This document shows, piece after piece, positions 43,222 to 56,800 of a stretch of 64,000 nt of DNA. The stretch is taken from assembly GCA_013416795.1 (NCBI GenBank), contig RQSC01000027.1, forward strand, positions 248,001-312,000. Direction: 5' to 3'. The notes beneath the pieces are model-generated. The model saw only the letters and a program-made list of their open reading frames with translations. It did no database searches and had not been told where the DNA came from. The position numbers were made by a program, and so were the translations under genes. The stretch is from Prasinococcaceae sp. CCMP 1430 (lineage: Eukaryota > Plantae > Prasinodermophyta). Within the stretch, counting starts at the first letter, position 1. Each line of letters begins with the position of its first letter.

Positions 43222-46200
43222 TCAGTTCCCAAGGGTTGGGACGATTTTTTTCGAGTGCCTTTTGGTTCTATTCGGCGAGCCGAGCAAATTGCGAAAGAGA
43301 CGCGCGCCGCGGCTCTCCCTCTTCGGGCTCGACTGCGTGCTCTTGTTGTCGGGCTCTGGCGGGGTTGAGTGCACGAAGGGCGGGCTGGGGCGCGTACTCG
43401 ACTCGCTAGTGCCGATGAATGTCTCGTACAGCTTGCGGCCCGTGACTGCCGCGCCGGCCTTGAGTATGGACCACACGATATCCCTGCGCACAGTGCCAAG
43501 CAGGTCCCTCCAGTCACCCTGCGCAACGCATAGGGGAGGGGTGGCACGGTTAGCACCACGGGGCTACGTGGACGACCATCGTCTGCCACGGCAAGGGCGA
43601 TGCGGGCGCGCATGCTCGCAGCGCGAGAGGCAGGCATCCTTGCGCACCTCGTACGAGTGGAAGACCCTCGGCGGGAGCTGAAAGTGCGCTGAGGAGAAGC
43701 TGAAAGGCGAGCCCGCATATGCGATCACGACCTTCACCTCATTCATGCGGATGTAGTCCGCCGTGACGCGCGTGGCAATGCTGTCAGCTGCACGCGGCGT
43801 CGGCGTGGGGGTGCTCTTGAGCCGCCGCGCCGCGGGTGGCGGCCCAGGGTCGGCCACTGCATTGAGGCTATCGACGCCCATCCTGGCAAGGACGCTGGCA
43901 TCAACTGACATGGACCGCGTGTGCTTCAGCTTGCGCTTGGCCACCCCTTTTGGTAGCCGCGATGGGCCGACATCCGATGACGGGTCGAAAAGCGAGCTCG
44001 CGTCGTCGCTGCCTGCCGAAAATGTCGATGGGATCTTGTCCGAGTCTTGTCGCCTGTGCCGCGCCGCCGAGCCTCCCCCCTTGAGGGGCGAAAACGCAAG
44101 GCCAAGCACCGTCTCCGACCGCTGACGGCGGTGGTTGAACTTCGAGTTGGAGCCGGGCGCAGGCGGCAGGGGCGCGCCACCGCCGCGCGGATGCGGGGAT
44201 GCAGGTGCCACCGAGCGCTCGCCGGATGCCCCCGTGCGGCTGGCGGTTTCAGCCCAAAGCGGCCCGAGAAAGCGTTCTGCCCTGAACATCAGACTCTCGG
44301 TCACATTGATGGACAGCGGGAAGACCTGTGTCTCCAGGTGCGTCAAGAAGGTTTTGCCAGGAACTGATCTGCCCTGCTCAGCACGCACGCGCAGCATGAC
44401 GTCACCCTTGCCCCAACCCGCATCCTCGTGCACCCCAAGCACGCGCCACATGCCCTGACTCGGACTGCCTGAATCGGTCGAGCAACCGCTGCTCATTCGA
44501 CCGGTCGACCGTCTACTGCTTCCCCCAGACTCGGCGCCGCTGCCGACGGCGTCCACCCAAACCTTCGACACAGTTGCAATGACCTCAGCGCTCCTGTCCT
44601 CGTGGCGTGCCATCGACAGCGTCGCGCCCCGCAGCTCAACTGTGGAGAAAGGCGCAGCGCTGCTCGACGGACCACTGTCGAGGATGTCGAAGCGCGCGTC
44701 GCCGAGCGACGCTTCGACATAAACAGCCGCCGGGCGCGCGCCCTGATTGTCGTTGCCTCGGCGAGCAATCCTCTCGCGTCTGGCTGAAGCAGCCATATCG
44801 AGTACGGTGCAAAACTCACGGCCGTGCTCGCTGACCTTGTGCCGCAAAGACTCCCCAAGCGGCAACACCAGGGCGTCTGCTTTGGACGATACCATCCAGA
44901 AAGGATCTGCATATGCGATGGCGTCGGCGGGGCCTTGTCCGTGCGTGGCGAGCAGCAAATGTCGCGCGTTGGCCATGTCGGTCAGGAGGCGCGCATCTGC
45001 CACCAGCGCACAGGCGACGGTCCTAATCTCGAGGCCACTCCCACGCACGAGAGACGCTGCTCGCAAGGCCTCGTGCACAGCGGGCGCGGACACCGGCGAG
45101 CGGCGGAAAATAACGTCCATGCGACTTCCGAGGGTCAGAGCGGCGCCGACAAGCACAGAGAACTGGTGTCCGTCGACAGCGACAGCCAAAGACGGCGAGT
45201 TCACGACGACTTCGGTCTGCTCAGCCACAGCGGCCTCGGGCGGCGTGAACTTGCGCACGCTCAGCCCCACGCGACAGCCCTCACCGCTGATGTTGCGCAT
45301 CGAGGCAGTGCTAGCGGCGGACTCGCCATTCTCTGGCGCCCACGAAAAGGTCGCGCCGGGATTGACGTCGTTGCGCGCCACCCAGGTCCTCACATTCTGC
45401 AGATTTAGCGAGTACGACGTCAAAGTGCCGCCTTGGTCGAGCATCCCATGGCGACCAAGCAAGCGCGCCTTGCGCGATTCGAGGAGCAAGTGGCCCTCGC
45501 TGGCCGAACCAGACTGCACGCACAGTTGCGCCTTGGAGACATCAACGACGAGAAAGATCGGATCGGCGCTTTCGGGGATCGCCTGGTCATGGGCGGGGCT
45601 CGTGAACTCATCCTCGTTCGTCTCCAGATGCTTGCCTTCGGCTCTGAGCTCGGATGTCAATACACCGCGGTTCAACAAGGCGAGCAGGTCATCTCCCTTC
45701 GATTCGAAGGACTTGCCGAGGGTGCGAGCGCGACGCGCCACCTGCGGGGCTTGCCCCGGAGATGACCCCGCACCGCTGCTCTGCCGACTGGACAGGCCAT
45801 GTGACGGGCCGTGGCTCAAGATGGATGCCGCCAGCGCGGCAGCCGCACGCCCCGTCCGCGAGGCGTACGGGTGCCGCAGGCCAGCGACCGTCCCGAGCCA
45901 GCATGCCATCACGGACGCACGCGTTTGGTCGGTCCACATCATGTGGAGACCGACAATGGCAATGCGCAAGCACGTGGACGGCTCACTGTCGCGAACGGCC
46001 TGCCCAAGCCTCGGGGGGGTGCCCTGGCGCACCAGCATGGCTTGCAGGGCCTCGCGGTCGTCCGGCTCGAGATCTTTCATGCTCAGGTTTCCGTGTAACC
46101 GTTGGCGGACAGAGAGGCTCGAGGCGGACGCGACAAACGTGTCCCTGTTGTCCTGCGTCCATGCGGCCTCGTCGCAAGCGAACCCCTGCCCAGAGCTGCA

Positions 46201-49200
46201 CACATCGTCAAGGTCCAGATGGACACGGACGGACAGCAGATCAACTTTGAGCTCATCGAGTGTGTTGGCAACGAATCGCATCATCACAGACAGGCTCTTG
46301 GCACGGCCGTGGAGCGAGTACAGCTCGATGTCCTGGTCCTCACTCGGTAGCCCGGCGACGTCGAACGTCGTCGCCAGTGGTTCGACCTCGAGTTTGAAGG
46401 TACTCTCCTCCAGAATTGAGCCGAGGGAGCGACCGCGATGTCCTCGCCTCCCCGACGATGGAGCTCGTCCGCACGTGGGTGTCTGGGGCGAGGGCGTCGC
46501 GACAGCAGGCTTGCTCGAGCGCAGAGGCGAGACCTGCACCACCGACACTGGCGGACGAACGATCGCAAGCACGAAGGCCTTGAAACGCATCATGGACTCG
46601 GGAGCGAGGGACAGGTGCGCGCCCCTTCCAGCAGCATCTTCGCTTCCCGGATCGCCCCGCACCCGCATCAGCACCGTTGCTTTCACTGCTGTCGCTCGGA
46701 ACGCCCGCATGCGCCGCTGAAGATTCGTGATAGCAGAGCACCTGCTCGGCGGCGTCCAGCGCGGCGTCAGAGACTCCTGGTTGACGGTGTCTGGGGTGAA
46801 GGCGTGCAGGAAGTGTTGACTTGGGTCATGATCGAAGCCGCACTGCCAATCCATGCCCATGGAAAACTCAGCTTCAGGGGCGCGCAGCAACTCCACTGCC
46901 TCAAGATCCTCTACGTGGCTGATGCGCACATTCTTGCTACGAACGACGAGCGAGGAAGGTGGTGCCACCTGGATGGCGGCGCCCGATGCCACCGATACGA
47001 GCCGCTGCGACCGCTCCCCCTCCCCGAGCGCACCGCACCCGCCGAGGATGGTCAGCGATGCATTGCTCACCCAGATGTCAATCTGCCCGTGCACGAGGAG
47101 GCGAAGGTCGTCCCACCAGGAGAACGCTGCCTGAGACGGCGGTGATATGAGGGCCGGGGGAGATGGCACGGGAGGCACGCTAATGGTGAGTTTGGGGCGC
47201 TGGGCGCTGTCTGCCTTGAAGGGTGAGGGCGTGGGCCCTACGTACGCTAGGTCTCCACTCGCGGCGTCGCCATCTCTGCCTCCCTCCGAGCTGTGGAAGG
47301 ACATGGCTTGGATGACGTCGCTGAGGTCGGCCTCATACCCAGGCCCGCACACAGCCCTACCGTCCTCGACAGAGACTCCCACATCGACGTAGAACTTCGT
47401 CGGTGGCGAGTGCGGTTCAAGGGCTGATTCGACCCAGTCCAACGTGTGGCCTAGGCTGACGCGACGTTGCTCAGCCTTCGCGCACGCGTTCTTGCACTCA
47501 CTTGCAAGCAGGTTGCCGCGTACCTCGGCGACGCCGGCAATGACTCCGTACGTGTGTCCAGAGGTGAGCTGCGCGAGCGGCGATGTGTGTTGCCGAAAAT
47601 GCAGGGACGCGGCACCGGAAGTCATGCTGAAAGCAAATCCCCGAGCGCGGCTCTCGTCAAGCTCCACCTCGCGCGCCGCAGGGTCTACAGATCGGGCCAC
47701 GGCAATTGCCACCGCGGGTCCTGAGAGGCGTGACACGCGCAGCTTCATGTCAACGCATGTCGCCGCAACCATGCCATGCGGCGGTGGGAGCGCGTAGCCT
47801 TGCGCGCTGGCCAAATGCGGGGGATAGCGAGCGTTCGCTGCCATTGAAGCCGTTTCCCACGCCCGCTTGAAACTCGCGAAGAGCGTGTCGTCCAAGCGCG
47901 CTCGGGCACCGACCAGCTCTGCGTCACCACCATCGAGCTGCTCTCGCGCGGCCTGCTCGAAGAGCGCCTCGCGAGCGACGCGCTCGGGAAGCGTGGCAGC
48001 CATCGCAGCGGCGCGAATAGCCATCCATCGCTCCAAAGGCGAGTCTTGCAAAGACGTTGTCAGACGCGCGATGTTGAATTGCAACACGGGCCTGATACTG
48101 CCCTGGATTTTGGTGGGAGATCGCAGGCCATTGGCAGCATCAAACGCAGCCTTCACTGCGTCGGCAGTACTCGTGATCATGTCCATCGTCTCGTCCACCG
48201 CATTGTACGTGGCGCGGAGTCCTGTCGTAAGCGGCGCATCCAAGGCCAGCATGCTTGACTCGAGCAGCCATCGAGCCGCCGGCGCCAGCACCCTCCGAGC
48301 AGTCTCGGCGACAAAAGGAATGCTCGGTGGACGGAAGGGGGCGTCATCCAGACCTGGGCACGTGACGCCGGATGCTGCATCCTCCGCTAGTAAGTATGAC
48401 GGCGGGCGGACAGTCAAGTCCGCGGCCGTCAGCATTCTGTGTCCATCGACCTCCACAGCCAGGCGCTTCAACATTACCACCGTCGACGTGCCGAAGCGCT
48501 CGAGCGCCGAAGCGCGCACCACGAACGCCTTGCCGTTCATCAGCGCAATGACAGCGCACGCATCCTTGATTTGAAAGGACAAAGAGACCACGAGGGGAAT
48601 CTCAGGGGCAACACCACTCCTTGTTGTGTCCACGTCGGCGCTCGCTCTCACTGTAGCTGCCACCGCCTGCAGTGCCACGGCCACGCAGCGCACGGCCACG
48701 CAGGTCTCGACGTCGACGCACGCCTCGACGCCGGAGACGAAAATGTGCGTGCGGGGCATGCTGTCACGCTCGCAGGCCGCTGAGTTGTCCTGGGGCCAAC
48801 GCGCCGCCAACGACGCTGAGTCGACAGTGAGCAAAGCCGACGAGCCCGGCACCTCACTGGTGCCCTGGTAGCCGCGCACCCATGTCTGAGAGAGCAGGAC
48901 ATCCGTGGACAGCGGCACGCCGCCCTCCACCAGCTCGCCACACACCTCCATCTCGCCTACAACGACAGACGTTGCGAAGTCAAGGCAGGCGCATCCATCG
49001 CTCTCACGCGGGGGGTCATCCTGGCCGCGCACCACCAAGGATGGCATCGCGGGGGCTGTCGTCAATACCTGCACCTCCACTTGCACCAACCTCACGGCAA
49101 AGTTCACCCCCCGCATCGATCCCCTCCGTTCGGAATGAACAGAGGTTGCACGCGGCGCGCTATGCCCGGTCCCTTTACGCCACTGCTGCGACATGCCTGC

Positions 49201-50997
49201 GAAGAGCTCGAGCTGCTTGGTGTGCACGCAAGCCCGCGCCCCTCTGATCTCGAGCTGGATGTCATGGGGACCGTGCTGCAGGTCTTCAGGGGGGAACTCG
49301 AGCGAGGTCACCACGGACGCTGCCTGCAACAGCGGCCACGCCGAGCTGTCCAGCCGCAAGTCTGCGCCACTCATTAGCACCGTGACCTCAGCGTTGTCGT
49401 TGGTTTCTCGCACGGGTGACGGAATCACTGCTGTCACGTGCATGGTTGCGAGCTGGAGAGACGCACTGTCCCCTTGCAGTTGCTCTGGTTCTGTGAGCTG
49501 TAGCTGCCACCCCTGCCCCTCAAGACTGAATGTCCAGTCAAGGGACTTGATGTGCGACACGATTGAATGCTCCTTGACCTCGGCCGCCATTTGCGTGGAC
49601 TGTCGTGCCCGTCGTATACGCTTCAGCTGGACGTGCACACGCCTTACGTCGTCGACCCAATGCAGCAGAGCAGGTCGGTGTACCGCGCTTGCATAGTCTA
49701 GCTGCATCTGCATGCTCGCACTCAGCTCCCTCGCAGCCGGTGTACCGTTGTCCGGCCAGCACGTCGCGTCGATGGGAAGCGGCACATCCACTGTCACCGA
49801 TGTGCTAGAGCTCCAAACCATGCTGAGCGCCTTCTCAGCCGTCGCAACTTCTCGGGGCCGCGAGGGATACCGCGCGTTCTCAGCCCGCAGGACGACCCTG
49901 GCCCTCGAGCACGCCGAGGAAAGTGACGCACGCCAGCAGTCCCGGTCAAACTTAACTGCAGTGCGAAGGGCAGAGCACTCGGCTTCGATGGGACGTATGG
50001 TCCTGCCTTCAGGATCTTCCATGAGCACGCACACACCAATCGAGCAAACCTGCAGCGACAGCTCTAGCGGGCACCCCTCAATCAGCTCGAGGAGGTCAGC
50101 CCCACGGTCTGCACTCTCGCCCGCGTTGCCACGTTGGTCGACCTCGGCGACTCGCAGGGCGGCGTGGGCTCGCACGAGCACCGCAGCGTCCGAGCATGAA
50201 ACTGCAACACCGCTGCACAAACTCTCAACAGCATTCAGCCGCAGCATTGCCTGCACCTTCAAGTGCTCGAGGTCCGCATCGACGACATCCGTGGAAGCGC
50301 AGACGTGTCCCATTATTGCGACCACGTTGGCAGACTCTGGTTGCAGCGTCACGCAGCGCAGAGACATGTTACGCACGCCCACATTCCCGGTGGCCGCGCG
50401 GGTATCCGCCGCGCCGCTGAGGTGCACTGTCGCGTTGACGACGCGGACCTCGACAAGCTGCGCGAGCCGCTGCAGCGCGCCGAACTTGGCCTCATCGATG
50501 CGCCTCCCGAGGAGCCGCACGCCCTCGGCGCGCCTCTCGGAATTTTCCGATCCGAGCTTGTGCCGCTCCCTCCTGGCGTCGGCCGCTTGCTGTCGTTGCC
50601 GCGCCCTCCTTTGCTGCTGCTCCGCCGCGCGCTGCCTGGTGCCAGCAGCATCCAAGCTCGCGAGCACGACTTCGACGTCTTTGACGACGACCGGGAACGC
50701 AGCGCCGCCCCTCGCAAATGCGAGCTTGAGCACCGATATCCACGACGGCAAGAGCGCGATCTCGCCTACCCTGAGCGACTCAATCACACCATTGCCGCGT
50801 TCGAAGGCGACGCTCACGCCACGCAGCTTCCATTCCGCCGGTGACGCGTGCCTCACTGACGCGCGCGCGCCAGGGACGAGCCCACGTAGCCACACGGCGA
50901 CGCATGCGCCCAGTGCCCGCCGCGCCCAGTGGTGGACCGCGTGGACCGCGACGAATGCGAGCGTGAGCAGCACCGCAGCGGCAACTGCTGCTCCCAT
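43222..50997 (-). CDS. Bridge-like lipid transfer protein BLTP2 (SABRE/KIP/KIAA0100/Fmp27 family). Exons 50997-43648, 43518-43222
   Basis: About 2550 aa with an N-terminal TM anchor. Family-like FSWWDDLRLLVHG, and C-terminal YIRMNEVKVVIAYAGSPF...SYE/GDWRDLLGTVRRDIVWSILK joined by a phase-0 GT-AG intron. Confidence 0.85.
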
Positions 50998-51636
50998 CGC
51001 GCCCGGGTACAGCGCAGCCCCCTACGCCGTATCCCCCTTCCCTCCCTTCCCAGCGTGCGCCTGCGCGTGCGCGCGCCACGCTGGCGTTTTCCTCCTGCGC
51101 GTGTTTCAAACGCCCACGAGGGCCGCCGGGTGCACCGGCCGCTGCCGCCAAAGCCGGTCTCCGCAGCGGCAACCCGCAACCCCCGGGCGGCCCTCGCGGC
51201 GGCCACGAAGGGTGCTGCGGCGGCGACCGCCGCCGCCGCCGCCGCGCCAGGGAGCGCCGCGCGCGCCCGCGCGCGCGCGCACGCGCCGGGCGCGCGCACT
51301 GTGGCTGGCGCGCAGTCGTGTCTTCGCGCCGCACAAGAAGACACGCAAAAGTACAGTAAAAAAAGTGCCGTCTGGCATCTGCCATCGAATGCCATTGAAC
51401 GTGCCATGAATGTGCCATGTGCCATTAATTGGCATGTGGATCAGGACCAGTCCAGGCGGCACTGACAGGACAGCTTGGGCTTCGGCGCTGGCCCTGGAGC
51501 GAGATCTGTGATCTGTGGTTTGTATTATTGATTACGTCACCCACGGCGTAGCCCTTGCACGCGCGCGCGCGCGAGTGCGACCGCCTCGGCGCCGCGTGTG
51601 AGCGTGTGGCGCGGACGCACGCCGCGAGGCCGGCAG

Positions 51637-52997
51637 GTCGTCGCCCTAGCACCGCCGCTCTGGCGCTCGCGCTCGCCGCCGACGTGGCACTGGGCGACTA
51701 CGATGCGTCGGCGCGCATGGCAGCGAGCGCGCCGTGCGCGGGCGCGGTGGGATCCGCCGCCGCGGGAGCGCATGACGTGGGGGACAGGCGGCCCGGCTGG
51801 CTCGGGGCGTTGCGCGCGAGCCTCGAGGGAGTCGTCAGCTGGGACGCGGTCCACCTGCAGCGAGCGGCGAGATGCGGCTACGAGTACGAGCACAGCCGCG
51901 CCTTCTATCCGGGCGTGCCCCGCGCGCTCGCTGCGATAGCGAAGGCGCCAGGCTTTGGCGCGGCGCGCACCGCCATTGGCGAGGCTGCGACGATGTCGGC
52001 AATCTCACTCGTCATGAGCCTGCTGTGTACAGTGGTTGCCGCCGTCGCGCTGCATCGCCTCACAACGCGCCTGTGGCGCGACGGCGTGCTGGCGGACTAC
52101 AGCGCGGCGCTCTTCTGCGCGTCGCCGGCGTCGCCGTTCCTCGCGCTGGGGTACACGGAGGCGCCGTTCGCGGCGCTTAGCATGACGGGGCACGTCGCGA
52201 TGGCCTCGGGGCACGCGGGTCTTGCGACGCTCCTGTACGCGCTTGCCGCGACGACGCGCTCCAACGGCGTGCTCAACGCAGGCCACGCCTGGTGCGCAGC
52301 GCTGCTCTACTCGCTCCACTCCGTGGCGACGCGTGCGGCGCCGCGCGAGCGCGCGGCAGCAGTGGCAGGGGCGTGCACTGCCGCGGCTGCGCTCTCGTTG
52401 CCTGTGCTTGCCGTGCCCGCGTGGGTGGAGCTCGATGCGCATCGGGCGTTCTGCGAGGGTGCCAGCGGCACAGTCGAGGCAGTGCGGCCGTGGTGCGCGC
52501 GCTGGCCTCTGACGTCTGCGTACGGCTTCATCCAGGCGCAGTACTGGGGACAGGGCCTCTTCTCGTTTTGGCGGCCCGAGCAGCTGCCCAACTTTGCGAT
52601 GGCGGCGCCTGCGCTCCTTCTGGCGCTCGCGTCGGCGCGGTGGGGCCTCGGCCGCTGCACCGACGCGTGGCGCGAGCGAGGGCTTGAGACACTCGGCGCG
52701 GGCAAGCGCTTGCGGGTGCTTGGTGCGCCGCTGCCGCTCGTGGCCCCAGCGGACGCGCAAGCGCAGGCTGGGGCGCTCGCGCACTTCGTGCAGCTGGGCG
52801 CGATGGCGATTGTGGCGGCTTGCTGCATGCACGTGCAGGTGGCGGCGCGCTTCATGTGCGCGCAGCCGGCCCTGTATTGGTACGCGGCGAGCGTCGCCAT
52901 GCGTGGCGGCTCGCGCGCCGCGGCGCTGTGGGCTTACTTCCTGTGCTTCGGTGCGGTCGGTACTGTTGCGTTCGTCAACGGCTTACCGTACGTCTGA
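51637..52997 (+). CDS. PIGV: GPI mannosyltransferase 2 (PIG-V/Gpi18); 5' end unresolved
   Basis: DYDAS, WDAVH...GYEYEHSRAFYPG, YTEAPFA, RSNGVL, IQAQYWGQGLFSFW...QLPNF and QVAARF..AQPALYW; multiple TM segments. Confidence 0.85.
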
Positions 52998-53052
52998 GCG
53001 CGCTGCGTGCAGGGCGTGTTGTATCTGTACTGTACTTTACATCATTGCAAGC

Positions 53053-53607
53053 TCAGGTGGCACATGCGTGCCCGCACTGGCGCACGTGCGCTGGCGCGGC
53101 GGACGGCAAATGCGACGCGCCTCCGCGTGACGTCATCGCGACAAAGAACTCCCTGGCGGAGAGCCTCCCGTCGCCATCCTCGTCGAGCTCCTGGAATGCC
53201 GCGTCCAGCTCGAAGGCGAACTCCGCACCGCGCTCAGCGAGCAGGCCACACTCCTTGGCGGCGCGCTGCAGCGCCTCGCGCGAGATATGTCCCTCGCAGC
53301 GATCGTCAAGCGCGCGGAACGCCTCGCGCACCGCGGCCGCGTCGGCATCCGCCGCAGCGAGCGGCAGCGCTCGTTCCTGGGCGTACCTCCCCAGGGCGGT
53401 CGCGGTCACGCCCGCGTCCCCGCACGCGCCCACTAGCGCGTCGATCTCAGCCGCGCACGGCACGCGCCCCGTCACCGCTGCGAGCGCGCAACGCACGCCG
53501 TGCCGGTCGAGCGCGCCCTCCCGCCCGCCTCCACCCGCACGGCAGAAGCGCGCATGCGCGGCCGTCGCGTGATCCACCACGCTTCCTTGCAGGCCCGCCG
53601 CCGACAT
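53053..53607 (-). CDS. EF-hand calcium-binding protein (EFCAB11-like)
   Basis: VREAFRALDDRCEGHISREAL and canonical AFQELDEDGDGRLSAREF EF-hands. Confidence 0.75.
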   Translation of the reverse strand: MSAAGLQGSVVDHATAAHARFCRAGGGGREGALDRHGVRCALAAVTGRVPCAAEIDALVGACGDAGVTATALGRYAQERALPLAAADADAAAVREAFRALDDRCEGHISREALQRAAKECGLLAERGAEFAFELDAAFQELDEDGDGRLSAREFFVAMTSRGGASHLPSAAPAHVRQCGHACAT

Positions 53608-53868
53608 CGCGCCGGCCTGCCCGCACCCCGCCGCGCCTGTGGCGCGCAGCGCCCCTGCGCTCTGTGACGCCAACGCTGCACGAGCTGCGCGCGACAACGC
53701 CCGCCAGCGCGCGATTCAAAAAATGCAAACCCTGATGTGACTTTCAGACTGTTTGGACGTCTTTTGCACTCAAATCAACGTCACGAACCTCAAAGTTTTC
53801 AAAGTGTTTAAGACATGCAAAACATCATCGATGTGACTCTAACCCTAACATGTCGCCACTGCGCGCTG

Positions 53869-56800
53869 TCATGTGCCCGTGATATCGCCGCTTGTGCTTG
53901 GAGGACGCAGCGGTTCGCTCGCCCTGCGGCTCAAGGCCCGTATCTCGGCCATTCGCTCACCCGCCACGACCTGCACCTCCTCGAGTGCCGCGGGATGGCG
54001 CTGAACGGCCTCCTGCCACTCGTCGCGGTCGAGCCGGAGAAGCTGGCATCCCTCGTCGCCCGTCACGACCGTTGCGACGCGAAGGCTGTCTGGGTTTAGA
54101 AGCGCCATCTCGCCAAAGTAGTCGCCCGTGCGAAGAATTTTCTGGCCCTCGCCGTCCGTGATGGCGGAGTCGCTCCCGCTTCTCGCCATTGACTTCCCAG
54201 GATCTGCGTCGTGCAGCTGCACAATCGCGCTGCCACTGTGGATGAAGTACATCGAGTCCCCCCGATCACCGCGTCTGACGACGACCTCGCCAGGATCCAT
54301 TGTCTCAAGCGCGAGCTCGGCAAAGAGCTCGTCGCAAAGCTGCGGGTGGTGCTGCATGAATGGACACTCGCGCAAGAGCTGGGCAACGCCACGGGTGAGA
54401 AAGAGAGTGCTTGCTTGGCGCGTTGTGGCTGTGCGCCTAATTGCACGCAGCGTGTCGGGAAAGTTCGCCATGACGTGGCTAAAGTCGTCCTCGTTGAGCA
54501 CCAGCACTTGCACGCCCCTCTCGCCAGCACGCACGTCTGCATTGCGCTTGCTGTGGGTTTCGATGAGCGCGCCCTCGCCGAAGAAGTCGCCTAATTTGAG
54601 GCGTACCACGCCACTGCGCGAAGCGCCGCCGCGTTCATGGGCGCGCGCGCCCGAGCTCCGAACCGACGCATCCTCAGGGATCGTCGCGGGCGCCGAGCGC
54701 CGCGAGCTCCGCAAGGTCTTGCCCGCTTTGCTTGGCAGAAGAACTTCGGCAGTGCCGTCGTAACAAAAGAACATCTCCCGCCCGATGTCGCCTCTGCGCA
54801 CAATGTACTCTCCCGGTCGATACGATCTGAGTTGCATGCGCGGGAAAAGAGCGACCGCGACCTCTGAGCCCTCGTCGCCTTGCGAGAAGAGCGGGCATAC
54901 CGCGACGATGCGAGCAGCGTTGTGCATTGCGTTCTCAGTCTGCCTGCCCTCTGCCGTCGTGGACACCTTCTCGGCAAAGTCGGAATCTCTGATGAGGATG
55001 GCGTCCCTGTCGTCCTTGTCGAGCTTCATGAGCTCGCACCGCGGACTCTCAACGATGATGCTGGCCGTGCGCCCAGTGTCTGTAGCCATCTCGCCGAAGA
55101 ACGCGCCCTGGCCGAGCCCAGCCACGCGGTCACCCGGCAGCTTGAGCTTGCCGTCGTCGCCGTCGGGCTTGGCGACGTACACACCAAGCTCACCCCTTGT
55201 GACAAAGTAGACGCCGTCGCTGGGATCCCCCTGTCGGAAGACGTGCTTGCCCTTGCGCAGCTTGACCGAGTGAAGTGCGTCCAGGATCTGCTGGATGGAC
55301 TGAAACGACAGCCCGCTGAGGCTCGGCAGCTGGAGAAGCGTTCTTCCCAGGATGTCCAAGTGGTTTGGTTTATGCGCGCGGACGAACGCGGTCAGCAGAT
55401 TCGTCTGTGCCAGCTGTTCCATCCACTCCTTGTTGCGCTTGTCGCCGCTGACACCCTCGACCATGGCGCCTTCGAGAAAGAGACGGAGGCGCTCGACAGC
55501 GCCATCCGGCGCGGTCACAGACTGGGTTATCACATGCGCTTCGACGTGGGTCATCAAGGCACCAATATACTCGCGCATCACGCCGAGGAACTGGTTTGCA
55601 GCGGTAGCCTGGGCAGCCGTGACAGAGTGAAGAGGCCGAGAGGGCGGTGCACGGGACATGTACGTCGAGCTTTCGCTGCTGCCGGCAAACGAGACCGGGC
55701 GGCGCAGGCCGATGCCAAACATGCCACCGCCGCCTCCGCTCTCGGCAGGCAGCCCCTCGCGTGCGACGACGCGTCCTTCGTCCCACAAGATCTGGTGGCT
55801 TCCATGCAGGGCCGCTGCTAGGGCGGTCGCACCCGGCAGCGTGGGAAGCATCCCGGGAGCCTTGACTTTGTTCGCGGAAAGGTCGCAGATGACGAGGCGG
55901 TCCTTGTCGACGCCCGTCGCCTTTCCCGCCCGCTTTTCGTCCGGCATACCGACGACGAAGCCGTGCGTGCGCCCTTTCTGCACGCGGCGCTCGAAGCCGG
56001 GCCCAACGATGGGTACGAGGTTCGACATGGGAAGAAGCGGCCAAAGCAGGGGCGCCAACGCGAGCACCGAGGCCGTCAGCACGCCCAGGTTCTTGTGAGT
56101 CAGAACAACAGGATATTCCAGCAACGCCGCACTCATGAGGAGGAGGCAGTTGTCCACGCTGAGCGTGGCGCAAAGCGCCGGGATAGCCCAGGTCGCAATT
56201 GCTGATGCCTCCTCAGCCTCCTGCGCCCATCTCCTCGGAGGCATGCCGTCTTGCAGCGGGAGGCCGCCTGCTCCACGCTCCAGCACCGCGTGGGCGGCGC
56301 TGTCTCCGTGCTCCGTGGGCACGTCAGCGCGCGGGACGCGTAGCTCAGCGCCACTGTCCTTGAAGTGCCCGATCTCCCCCCTCAAGGGCACTCGCAACTT
56401 GTGATAGGCGCGCAGCGTGTCGTCGGGCGGAGCGATGCCGGCCACTTTGCCGCCGCAGAGCGCCCCAAGGCACCTCAGCCGCTGGCGCTCGGCCAGCGCG
56501 TGGAGCACATTCCACGTGGTGGTGAAGAGCGCCTGCCGGGTCAGGAAGCAGTATACGCGCCTGGTCACGACGAAGCGGCGTTGCCGCCCGCCCGCCATGC
56601 GAGCTGCGCCCGTCGCTGCCTCCCTCCGAAAGCCGTCGCTGTCCTCGCACAGCAGGGGCGGCGCGTCCAGGAGCTCGTCGGCAGCCAGGCACACAACCCA
56701 GAACGGGCGCCTTCCACCCATTTGCGCGCCTGGTTGGAATCGCAGCAAGTACGCTCCCTCAGTGGACTCGAGCGCCCCCTTGCGCATCGCCATGTCATCG

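Noticed and set aside
44747-46720. Long antisense and overlapping ORFs (also 30713-32566, 49712-51409, 22578-24164, 37794-39263 and many others)
   Set aside because: These are shadow frames expected from very high GC and codon bias. They have no motifs and lie opposite well-supported genes.
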